Below are positions 56,701-64,000 of a DNA stretch of 64,000 nucleotides, in pieces. The notes beneath the pieces were generated by a model that saw only the letters and a list, made by a program, of their open reading frames with translations, did no database searches and had not been told where the DNA came from. How positions within the stretch are numbered: the stretch's first letter is position 1; the number at the start of each line of letters is the position of its first letter. Source of the stretch: a virus. Taxonomy: Duplodnaviria; Caudoviricetes. The stretch lies in IMG/VR virus record IMGVR_UViG_3300021425_002620; one strand, written 5' to 3'. Both the position numbers and the translations under genes were made by a program.

Positions 56701-57596
56701 GTACATCAGGATCTAATCCTTCAGCAGGTGGCAATGCTCCTCTTAGTTCATATGGCGCCGGTGGCGGCGGTGGCGGCCAAGGCGAACTCACCGCCGGCGA
56801 ACCAGCAGCAGATGGCGGCCGAGGCGGCTCTGCTGCAACTAGAGTTACTAGGGGTCAAGAATATGGTAGTGAAGGAACAGCACAAATAATTGTTGGCGCA
56901 AAAGGCACATTTGGACAAAGTACAGATTTAAGCAAAGTTCCAGGAGGCTTTGGCGCACCTGGCTATTGCAAATTAACTACAGGCACAAATGGAATTGTTA
57001 GAGAATTTACAGAACCTGGAACTTATAACGTAAACATAGTTGCAAACCCAATAGAAGTAACTTATGCGCTAATCGGCGGCGGCGGAAGTGGCGGCGGCGG
57101 TTGGGGGAACGGAATTCCAGGACAGGCAGGCGGCGCCTCGACAATATCTAGTACAGATTTTTCAGTTACTGCTGAAGGCGGAGCAGGCGGAGGAGTCGTA
57201 AACGGAACATCATCAGCTGGCGAAGCAAGTGCTTACGGACCAGGAGGCGCAGGCGGCGCCAACTCTGACAGCAGTAACCAAACAGCAGGTGATAATGCAC
57301 CAAGCTCGTCATATGGCGCCGGTGGCGGCGGTGGCGGCTCTAATCCATTTGGCTCAACTGCTGGACAAGGTGGCAAAGCATCTACTCAACTAACAGGCAC
57401 AGAATATGCCCACGGAGCTCAAACTATTACAATAACAATTGGTGCTGGCGGCCCAAGAGGTCCTTCACAGGGTACTGAAGGTGGCTCTGGCGCTGGCGGC
57501 TTTGCAGCAATTACTATTAACGGCGGTACAGGCTCTACAAATGGTAATACTTATACATACAATAGTCCAGGAACATATACTTTAAATATTAGTTAA
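53745..57596 (+). CDS. Mosaic adhesin/tail fibre: conserved N-terminus, Calx-beta-like domains, DUF285/BspA-like repeats, two Gly-rich modules
   Basis: V.EG.TV.F repeats; W.VS.VT.M..MF repeats at about 55830-56460; polyglycine modules at about 56484-57593. Confidence 0.75.
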   Translation: MPLQIGSVISRAEYNAIQAKIASVLGDNNVDPEFGYGRALESSQITTSKVIESEDMLALYNDLVKARTHQKGSNNLAWTGDGLASPSDGEFIGVDAADIGANPLDPDDISSTYASADTTEGFADFDSAADDIVTDHDLLGPGQMSIMAGTTSVRDTQWGGNDVSAPGSSINHTITVTWANADERRYFFNTGGELQFSADNQQSVALPDNAKTLNWRSMLSTQGAIVFGKNSTAASGTNPGSGSSIGNFYSQWSNTSSSNPVTIYTKSGSGVYAENNYTIKAWETASNSLRFDIIFQDADLGEGGPAPDTPVDEFVKGETTSYLNYKVATGLGLTKPANTNNSTLSGSASGQTNLSISVEDGAGNTITEVDEGGTVVFKVETVNVATGTEFSYTISGTNVQQEDISLPGTSGTITIDNSGLAEVSMVINEDETTEGIETLVFTVSGFGPTGISSSVTINDTSQNVQFALRAQTNSVNEGETVGYWLDGGQTELDGETIYWDIDPPANEWVEASGTFVYDATATYNAANPAFTITPALDEVLNDYYYVDVNIRRNGPDQPIISSQGINVYSTTEDPFTFKIDTAVIYDGDGVSSGLRGNFDDKKFTFYFQSDSGNLSDIEFRVRPISGGTLVSPSFGPTQYFNYTATSSSYTQITWEFSAATVAEIDVTGRGKFTFGTDTNYSFKDALGGDQQEFKDNGSKVIDVINWGREFEFTSFDYMFNNCPLTILTDTSNPFANHTVTNCAGMFFKCKDFTGQLSGLNSWNVSSVTTMNQMFLGCTAFTGPISNWSVGNVTDMKSMFERAHLFNTDIGGWITSNVTDMTSMFECEHDNSTYPPANQGTFNQDISGWDVTSVTGMNRMFFNHQGFNQSLTAWCVDHLGGTNQPVGFNGGESALTNANLPVWGTCGGVVPPGSLPITFEIIGGGGGGAGQGFFGQADGSAGGTTSITFSQAVGLPAATSQGGAGGANGANATDGESSAYGSGGPQGTSGSNPSAGGNAPLSSYGAGGGGGGQGELTAGEPAADGGRGGSAATRVTRGQEYGSEGTAQIIVGAKGTFGQSTDLSKVPGGFGAPGYCKLTTGTNGIVREFTEPGTYNVNIVANPIEVTYALIGGGGSGGGGWGNGIPGQAGGASTISSTDFSVTAEGGAGGGVVNGTSSAGEASAYGPGGAGGANSDSSNQTAGDNAPSSSYGAGGGGGGSNPFGSTAGQGGKASTQLTGTEYAHGAQTITITIGAGGPRGPSQGTEGGSGAGGFAAITINGGTGSTNGNTYTYNSPGTYTLNIS
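56748..57338 (+). repeat. Perfect 30-nt direct repeat TCATATGGCGCCGGTGGCGGCGGTGGCGGC at 56748..56777 and 57309..57338
   Basis: Read directly from the sequence; encodes SYGAGGGGGG in both Gly-rich modules. Confidence 0.9.
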
Positions 57597-57599
57597 CAC

Positions 57600-57628
57600 T
57601 TGACAAAACTCCTATAAGACTATATAAT
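57600..57628 (+). promoter_or_regulatory. Consensus sigma70 promoter TTGACA-17-TATAAT for the glyco cluster
   Basis: TTGACA at 57600..57605 and TATAAT at 57623..57628. Confidence 0.88.
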
Positions 57629-57651
57629 ATAATATAGAATCTTATAGGAGT
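57608..57651 (+). promoter_or_regulatory. Long hairpin sequestering the SD of 57658..58002
   Basis: Perfect 12-bp inverted repeat ACTCCTATAAGA (57608..57619) / TCTTATAGGAGT (57640..57651) plus inner CTATAT/ATATAG; the 3' arm contains AGGAG. Confidence 0.75.
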
Positions 57652-57657
57652 AATCGT

Positions 57658-58002
57658 ATGGACGAACGACTTAAAAAAGCACTAGAACAAAGCGATCTAA
57701 TGGTTGTTCTTAATCAGCAAAAGCGAATAATCAAAGAGCAATATCAAGCAGACCTAGTACACTATCAAAATGGCTGTCAATTTACAGCAAATCAAGAATT
57801 AATTAGTTTTTGTCAAAGCATGATTCAACTTGGCCAAACACAATCTGTTGTTATAGATAACAACGGTATTCCATGTTTAATTGAAAATCTAGAAAATTTT
57901 GCAACTGATTTAGTTGAAACATATGCAGGTGCAACTAATGGATATTTCAATAAGTACGAAAAATTAAAAAAGCAAAGAAGTGTTGAAGGAATTGTATCAT
58001 AA
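57658..58002 (+). CDS. Hypothetical protein (114 aa)
   Basis: AGGAG SD and promoter upstream; no motif recognised with confidence. Confidence 0.75.
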   Translation: MDERLKKALEQSDLMVVLNQQKRIIKEQYQADLVHYQNGCQFTANQELISFCQSMIQLGQTQSVVIDNNGIPCLIENLENFATDLVETYAGATNGYFNKYEKLKKQRSVEGIVS

Positions 58003-58823
58003 TGAATTCAGGTGTACTTGTATTTGCTTACAATAATGAAAAAATCAACTATATAGAGCAAGCAATTTATCTTGCATCTCGCATAAGCAAGTATTTAAAC
58101 TTGCCCACAAGTATTGTAACTGATACTATCAGCAAATTTGACGAAAGTTATTTTGATAAAGTTATAAGAACAGATCCTGCAAAGTATACACTAAAGACTT
58201 ATAATAACGGAACATCTAAAAATCACTCGTTAAGTTTTAAAAACGATAAACGGGTCTATGCTTACGATCTTTCTCCATACGACAATACTTTGTTAATGGA
58301 TACTGATTACATTATTGCTGATAGTGTTTTATCTAATTGTTTTGATTCTTGCTATGATTTTATGATTTATAAAGATGCAGTTGATTTAGCAGGGCATAGA
58401 GACTATTTTGAGTTTGACAAAATAAGCGAAACAGGTATAGACTTTTATTGGGCAACGTGTGTTTATTTTACAAAAACAAAAAAGAATAAAATATTCTTTT
58501 CTCTACTACAGCATATACAAGAAAATTATCAACACTATAGACAAGTGTATCAAATACAAACACCAGTCTACCGCAATGATCATGCTTTTAGTATAGCAAT
58601 TCATATGATGAACGGTTTTGAAAAAAATAATTTTGCAAAGAAAATGCCAGGTACAATGTTCTATACTACTGATAGAGACATCGTATACAGTATCAAGGAT
58701 GACGAATTTAAATTTTTACTAGAAAAAGAAAAAGTGTTGCATGAATATACACCTGCAACAATTAGCGGAAACAGTGTACATGTAATGAATAAATTTAGTT
58801 TAGCAGAGGTAATCAATGGATAA
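58002..58823 (+). CDS. GT-A fold glycosyltransferase-like protein (GT8-like)
   Basis: DxD motif in TLLMDTDY, plus R..AY.LSPYD and YRNDHAFSIA. Confidence 0.6.
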   Translation: MNSGVLVFAYNNEKINYIEQAIYLASRISKYLNLPTSIVTDTISKFDESYFDKVIRTDPAKYTLKTYNNGTSKNHSLSFKNDKRVYAYDLSPYDNTLLMDTDYIIADSVLSNCFDSCYDFMIYKDAVDLAGHRDYFEFDKISETGIDFYWATCVYFTKTKKNKIFFSLLQHIQENYQHYRQVYQIQTPVYRNDHAFSIAIHMMNGFEKNNFAKKMPGTMFYTTDRDIVYSIKDDEFKFLLEKEKVLHEYTPATISGNSVHVMNKFSLAEVING

Positions 58824-59670
58824 AAATTTTATCTTAGTTGCTCAAAATACAAAATTTGATGATTATGTAAGACAAGCATGTGTTTGTGCAATGAGTATTC
58901 ATGCAACAAATAAAAATGCAAGCATAGCAATTATTACAGACGACGAAGTTCCTACACAGTATAAACATCTGTTTGATCATATTATTCCCATACCATGGGG
59001 TGATCTAGCAGAAAAATATGAATGGAAAATACACAATAGATGGAAAATTTATTTTGTTTCTCCTTACGAAAGCGCAGTTGTACTAGATACAGATATGTTA
59101 GTACTAGACGACCTTAGTACATACTTTAGTATATTTGAAAATTACGATATATGGCTTACTTCTAATGTATTAGATTACAGAGGAAATCGTGTATCAAATG
59201 ATTATTACAGAAAACGTTTTACAAAGTATAATTTACCAAATACATATTTTGGTTTGCACTACTTTAAGAAAAGTGATTTTGCTCTTGAATTTTACAAGTG
59301 GTTAGATATTATTACTAACAACTGGAAAGAATTTTACAAGTTTGGCAGCAGCACACTAATACAAAAAAATGCTAGTATGGATGTAACATCAGCAATGGTA
59401 GTTAGTATGCTAGGTTGCGAATCAAAAGTCACCAACAGTCAAATAGATGCACCAACTTTTGTTCATATGAAACCAAACATACAAGGTTGGCACGGAGTTA
59501 CTGAAAAGTGGCAAAATAAAATTGGTTCTTATCTAACAGATAACTTAGAGTTGTATGTTGGAAACTTTAAACAAAACGGAATATTTCACTATACTGAAAA
59601 AGATTTCCTTACTGACGACATTGTAAATGCATACAATAATATAATGGATATAAAACATGTTGAAATATAA
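58816..59670 (+). CDS. GT-A fold glycosyltransferase-like protein, paralog of the preceding gene
   Basis: Motifs SPYESAVVLDTDML, SIAIITD and HYFKKS; same layout as 58002..58823. Confidence 0.6.
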   Translation: MDKNFILVAQNTKFDDYVRQACVCAMSIHATNKNASIAIITDDEVPTQYKHLFDHIIPIPWGDLAEKYEWKIHNRWKIYFVSPYESAVVLDTDMLVLDDLSTYFSIFENYDIWLTSNVLDYRGNRVSNDYYRKRFTKYNLPNTYFGLHYFKKSDFALEFYKWLDIITNNWKEFYKFGSSTLIQKNASMDVTSAMVVSMLGCESKVTNSQIDAPTFVHMKPNIQGWHGVTEKWQNKIGSYLTDNLELYVGNFKQNGIFHYTEKDFLTDDIVNAYNNIMDIKHVEI

Positions 59671-60214
59671 AGTATATTTTGAAGAAGACTCTGGAGCAAT
59701 TTTAGCAATAACTAATATTGATCAAGAATATGATAATTTTTTTGAAATAGATTACGAAGATGTTGCACCATATGTTGAAGGCACAAAGACTGTATCTTTG
59801 TCAAAGGTAGTTTACAACATTAATACTTCAGAATATAATATTATATCAAAAGAAGAAAAACTCGAACTATTAATTGACGATCTGATTTATAAAATTACAC
59901 CAAAAGAAAACTATCAGTTAGGAGTTTGGAAAAACAATCCTAAAAAATGTTGGACAATTAACTTGTCAGACTCTTATAGGCAAGATCTTGAAAAAATTAA
60001 AAGCAGGCCAAACCAAAGTTTAATTTTTAGTATTACACAACACAACAATCCTAATATATTGTATAGACATTTTTCATGTATGTTAAATGATCTAATTGAT
60101 AATCCTAGTATTGATTTTGAATATGCAAGCCAAGACGAAGAAGAACTAACAAGATTTAGCGTATATACTAGTAGAAAGTTCGAAAAGTATACATGCGGGG
60201 TAATTGATGGCTAA
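59657..60214 (+). CDS. Hypothetical protein (185 aa)
   Basis: ORF overlapping both neighbours in the operon. Confidence 0.7.
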   Translation: MLKYKVYFEEDSGAILAITNIDQEYDNFFEIDYEDVAPYVEGTKTVSLSKVVYNINTSEYNIISKEEKLELLIDDLIYKITPKENYQLGVWKNNPKKCWTINLSDSYRQDLEKIKSRPNQSLIFSITQHNNPNILYRHFSCMLNDLIDNPSIDFEYASQDEEELTRFSVYTSRKFEKYTCGVIDG

Positions 60215-61100
60215 AATTAAAGTTATTGATCAGGATATTGTTTTCCTGAGCTATGACGAACCGAACGCTGAAAAGAATTATGCAGACCTATGTAGTAAAT
60301 TACCATGGGCTAAACGTGTTCACGGTGTACATGGCAGTGATGCAGCACACAAGGCATGTGCTGACATAGCAGAAACAGAATATTTTGTTACTGTAGACGC
60401 AGATAATATAGTTGATCAAGAGTTTTTCCAACAAGTAGTTGATATTGACGAATTGGGATTAACTCCGGATCATGTGTTTAGTTGGTGCGGTAAAGTTCAT
60501 GTTAATGGGCTAATGTACGGCAACGGCGGCTTAAAAATGTGGACACGTAAGTTTGTACATAATATGAAAACACATGAGCACAGTATAGAAGGCGACGAAA
60601 GAGGAAAAGTAGAATTTTGTTTTGATGACAAATATTATCAGTTTAACGAAAACTTTAGTACAAGTTACACTAACGCAACCCCGCAACAGGCATGGAGAGC
60701 GGGCTTTCGAGAAGGTGTTAAAATGAGTTTAGATCAAGGTGCTCGAGCAACTGATATAAAAAAGGTATACTGGCAAAATTTTGATAGACTAAGAATATGG
60801 TGTTCAGTAGGCGCAGATGTTGAAAATGGCCTATGGAGCATATTGGGTGCTAGAGAAGGACTGTATAAAACAATGTGTAGAGATTGGGATTATGCAGAAG
60901 TAAGAGATTTCGAATGGCTTAATAACTATTGGAAAGAAGTTGAAGCACGTACTTCTGATGTTCAAAAACATATTAAAAAAATAGGTGAAAAAATAAAAAG
61001 AGATTTGGACATTGAGATAGCAGATCTTGATGCAGAAGGATCTAAGTTTTTTAAAGCAGTCTATAATAATACTCCAAGGATAATTAGAAGAGCCAAATGA
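60207..61100 (+). CDS. GT-A-like protein (nucleotide-diphospho-sugar transferase fold)
   Basis: Motifs DIVFLSYDE, HGVHGSDAAHKACA, FVTVDADN (DxD) and YGNGGLK; ATG at 60207. Confidence 0.55.
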   Translation: MAKIKVIDQDIVFLSYDEPNAEKNYADLCSKLPWAKRVHGVHGSDAAHKACADIAETEYFVTVDADNIVDQEFFQQVVDIDELGLTPDHVFSWCGKVHVNGLMYGNGGLKMWTRKFVHNMKTHEHSIEGDERGKVEFCFDDKYYQFNENFSTSYTNATPQQAWRAGFREGVKMSLDQGARATDIKKVYWQNFDRLRIWCSVGADVENGLWSILGAREGLYKTMCRDWDYAEVRDFEWLNNYWKEVEARTSDVQKHIKKIGEKIKRDLDIEIADLDAEGSKFFKAVYNNTPRIIRRAK

Positions 61101-62482
61101 ACAACGAGCTAATACGTATAAAAGAAATTATGCCAAAGGTAGAAGCCCAAACTTCTCCTACATTTTGTTTGGCTAAATGGCACCATACTACGATCTATTT
61201 ACAAACAGGTGAAACACATAGTTGTTATCACCCTGCCCCTCATAAGATTCCGCTTGAAGGTTTAGATACCAATCCAAGTCAGTTACACAATACACCTGAG
61301 AAGAAGCAACAACGCAAACAAATGTTACAAGGTGAAAAACCTAGCGGCTGTCAATATTGTTGGAATATAGAATGCATGGGCAACGATTATGTTAGTGACA
61401 GGCATATAAAAACTTCAAGTATTTACACTGAAGAACGTATGAAGGAAATAAAAACAAATCCTTGGAACTTTGATGTAAATCCGGAATACATAGAAATTAA
61501 CTTTTCAAACGAATGTAATTTTAAATGTGGATATTGTCACCCTAAATTTAGTAGTCGATACTATAATGAAATTAAACAATTTGGCCCTTATAAAGATAGC
61601 ACAGAACATCGTAATGATATTGATTGGTTCGAGCTTTATGAAGAAGATGAAAATCCTTATGTACGTGCATGGTGGGAGTGGTGGCCTGAGGTTAGTAAAA
61701 CACTAAACATATTGCGTGTTACCGGCGGCGAGCCCTTAATGCATAAAAGCACTTGGAGATTGTTACAAGAACTAGAACAAAATCCTAAGCCACATCTTAA
61801 CATTGAAATGAATAGCAACATGGGTGTCAAAAATAGTTTAGTTGTTAAACTAGTAGATAAAATTAAACATTTAAAAGAAACTGGGTGCATTCGAAGTTTT
61901 AAATTGTATACAAGCATTGACACATGGGGACCTCGTGCAGAATACACACGTACTGGTTTAGATATAGAGCTTTGGGAAAAGAACTTAGACTATTATCTAA
62001 GTAATACAGGGTGGCCTGTTACATTTATGATTACATTTAATTTGTTTGCAGTGACAAGTTTTAATTTGTTACTAGAAAAGATATTAGAGTGGCGAACAAA
62101 ATATAATACAGATGATAATGAAACTCAATGGCAGCGTGTACGTTTTGACACACCATATCTAAAAGAACCATTACAGTTTGATATGAATATTCTTCCTAAA
62201 GACGAATTTATGCCGTATATGCACAAGCACTTAGAGTACATTAAAAACAATATGGATGACGCAGACCGTACTAAGTTTAGTTCGTTAGAGTATGAGCGTT
62301 TTAGACGTGTTGTAGACTATATGCAAAACACAATTTATGATGACGAAAAACTTTTAAAAGGCCGCAAAAATTTCTATACATGGTTTACAGAATATGACAA
62401 TCGTAGAAATACAGATATAGTTGAAGTATTTCCAGAATTAGAAGAATTTTATGAGGAATGTTTTTTATGCCTAAGTCATTAA
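61097..62482 (+). CDS. Radical SAM protein with an extra N-terminal Cys cluster
   Basis: CNFKCGYC (CxxxCxxC) and VTGGEPL; additional Cys in FCLAKW, SCYH and GCQYC. Confidence 0.9.
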   Translation: MNNELIRIKEIMPKVEAQTSPTFCLAKWHHTTIYLQTGETHSCYHPAPHKIPLEGLDTNPSQLHNTPEKKQQRKQMLQGEKPSGCQYCWNIECMGNDYVSDRHIKTSSIYTEERMKEIKTNPWNFDVNPEYIEINFSNECNFKCGYCHPKFSSRYYNEIKQFGPYKDSTEHRNDIDWFELYEEDENPYVRAWWEWWPEVSKTLNILRVTGGEPLMHKSTWRLLQELEQNPKPHLNIEMNSNMGVKNSLVVKLVDKIKHLKETGCIRSFKLYTSIDTWGPRAEYTRTGLDIELWEKNLDYYLSNTGWPVTFMITFNLFAVTSFNLLLEKILEWRTKYNTDDNETQWQRVRFDTPYLKEPLQFDMNILPKDEFMPYMHKHLEYIKNNMDDADRTKFSSLEYERFRRVVDYMQNTIYDDEKLLKGRKNFYTWFTEYDNRRNTDIVEVFPELEEFYEECFLCLSH

Positions 62483-63735
62483 ACTTTATGTATGAATGGA
62501 TAGGACCAAAAGGACCTCTTACTAATAATAGACTGCCTACTATTGCAGACTTTTCCTATGCACAATTTAGATATAAAGAAAAAGATTATTCACAAGATCC
62601 GTTTTTTTATGAAATGTTTAACAACTACAATATTGTTCCTATATTTAGTACTAATAAAGATTTGATAAATTTGTATGAAATAAATTTTAGTGGTTATCAT
62701 TATCGAGACTGGACTAGAATTATAGAAGATGCATTTTCACAAGGCAACAAAATTATAGAAAAAGCAATAAATTTTAAAAAAAATTATATAGTAGTCACAA
62801 TTCCTTTTGAAGGATGGGTACATGATAAAATGTTTGATATGTTGTATACACAATTTAGTAAACATAAAATTCCTTTAGACCGAGTAATATACGTATCTAA
62901 TTGTCAAAATGTTCAAGAAATGCATATTGCTTACTGTAAAGAAAGGGGAAAAGATGCGTTATTAAATGTAGAGTATATTCCAACTTGTAGAATACAACAA
63001 ACAGGAGTTGAAGAACCGTTGCGAGAAAGAAAAAACACTCCTTATGTTCCTGGACCTAGAAAAAAAGATTTTCTGTGTTTCCAGCGTCGATGGAGTGATC
63101 ACAGACTAGTGTTCTTTTTAAGTATGTGGCGTAAAGGACTATTGGATAACTTTTATATGAGTATGTCTGATAAACAACCTGAATCAGGTGCAAGTTTTGA
63201 AAGCAATATGAAGCATGTTGCAAATCGTCGCCCTATTTTTCAAATTACAGACGATGAAATTGAAAAATCTAAACAAGCTCTTCCTCTTATTTTAGACACT
63301 ACTAATTTTGACAGGTATCCAATGGAGTCAAGTGCTAACGATGTTCAACAATACTATAAAGACTCTATGATTAATATTATTAGTGAAACAAATTTCTTTA
63401 CTCCAGAAATACATTTAAACGAAAAAACCTACAAGCCAATAGCATTTAAACAACCTTTTATAATGATGTCTGCGCCATATAGTTTGCAGCATCTCAAAGA
63501 TGTTGGATTTAAGACTTTCGATCGTTGGTGGAGTGAAGATTACGATTTAATAACAAACAATGATGATCGCATGTTAGAAATAAATAGCATAGTAGAAGAA
63601 ATTACCAACTGGAGCGACGAAAAGAAAGTACAGTTTACGCACGAAGTAAAAGATATTGTTGAATTTAACTGCGAACATCTAGCAACAATGTCGCATCCAG
63701 AAGTTAAACATTTTGAGGAAAAATATGGAAACTAG
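62458..63735 (+). CDS. Hypothetical protein with a GT-B-like C-terminus
   Basis: NIISET...NEKTYKPIAFKQPF...L..L...GFKTF resembles the TEK..K..PI region of GT10-type transferases; weak. Confidence 0.45.
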   Translation: MFFMPKSLNFMYEWIGPKGPLTNNRLPTIADFSYAQFRYKEKDYSQDPFFYEMFNNYNIVPIFSTNKDLINLYEINFSGYHYRDWTRIIEDAFSQGNKIIEKAINFKKNYIVVTIPFEGWVHDKMFDMLYTQFSKHKIPLDRVIYVSNCQNVQEMHIAYCKERGKDALLNVEYIPTCRIQQTGVEEPLRERKNTPYVPGPRKKDFLCFQRRWSDHRLVFFLSMWRKGLLDNFYMSMSDKQPESGASFESNMKHVANRRPIFQITDDEIEKSKQALPLILDTTNFDRYPMESSANDVQQYYKDSMINIISETNFFTPEIHLNEKTYKPIAFKQPFIMMSAPYSLQHLKDVGFKTFDRWWSEDYDLITNNDDRMLEINSIVEEITNWSDEKKVQFTHEVKDIVEFNCEHLATMSHPEVKHFEEKYGN

Positions 63736-64000
63736 AAAAGTATTAGTTTGTGGCGCAGGCGGATTTATTGGCGCACATTTGGTAAAAGACCTTAAAGATA
63801 GAGGTTTTTATGTTATCGGTGCCGATCTAGAGCATCCTAAGTATGCAGAAACAGCCGCTGACGAGTTTCATATTGCGGATCTAAGAGATCAGTATGAAGT
63901 TGCTCAACTAGTAACTAATGACTTATATGAAATATATCAGCTTGCTGCGGATATGGGCGGAGCAGGTTATATCTTTACAGGCGAAAATGATGCTGACATT
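63725..64000 (+). CDS. NAD-dependent epimerase/dehydratase, GDP-mannose 3,5-epimerase-like (5' part; not in the ORF track)
   Basis: Translates as METRKVLVCGAGGFIGAHL...QLAADMGGAGYI, with a Rossmann GxxGxxG and the AADMGG motif typical of GME; open to the window end. Confidence 0.88.
   Translation, partial: METRKVLVCGAGGFIGAHLVKDLKDRGFYVIGADLEHPKYAETAADEFHIADLRDQYEVAQLVTNDLYEIYQLAADMGGAGYIFTGENDADI

Noticed and set aside
336-56889. Numerous 60-160 aa ORFs antisense to or nested in the structural genes
   Set aside because: They are shadow ORFs of Ala/Gly/Thr-rich genes, without SDs, promoters or recognisable motifs.
56484-57596. Possible diversity-generating retroelement TR/VR pair in the fibre tip
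   Set aside because: Both copies are in frame in one gene, differences are not adenine-specific and no reverse transcriptase is present in the window.
1-64000. CRISPR arrays, tRNAs, introns, inteins, stop-codon reassignment
   Set aside because: No regularly spaced repeats or cloverleafs were seen, and core genes (gp20, gp23, gp46, gp47) are uninterrupted and of normal length in the standard code.

Overview
This window is an AT-rich segment of a large T4-like (Tevenvirinae/Kyanoviridae-related superfamily) myovirus genome read in the standard genetic code; the host cannot be determined from this sequence. From left to right it holds six blocks. (1) A minus-strand head module: tape-measure-like protein, portal gp20, two small inserted genes, an acidic core protein, protease gp21, scaffold gp22, major capsid gp23 and a UUCG terminator. 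(2) gp26 and gp51 on the plus strand. (3) Two minus-strand unknown proteins, probably virion-internal. (4) A minus-strand early block: late sigma gp55, gp47, gp46, a compact hemC, an Hc1-like small protein, a stand-alone GIY-YIG nuclease and a small CxxC protein, followed by about 510 nt of ORF-free, helix-rich sequence with a GC-enriched core that looks like a large structured RNA. (5) A long plus-strand baseplate/tail-fibre operon: gp48, gp53, a hub with an M15 peptidase, gp5 with a C-terminal lysozyme, gp25, gp6, a 5098-aa gp7-position protein and five fibre/adhesin genes. (6) A sigma70-driven cluster of glycosyltransferase-like, radical SAM and epimerase genes that runs off the right edge. 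The best candidate for an undescribed system is the GIY-YIG nuclease plus downstream structured non-coding RNA at 13771-15195. The divergent phage HemC and several regulatory architectures (an RBS-sequestering hairpin, back-to-back early/late promoters at gp55 and apparently leaderless late genes) also stand out. All family assignments come from motif recognition by eye; no database searches or folding programs were run.
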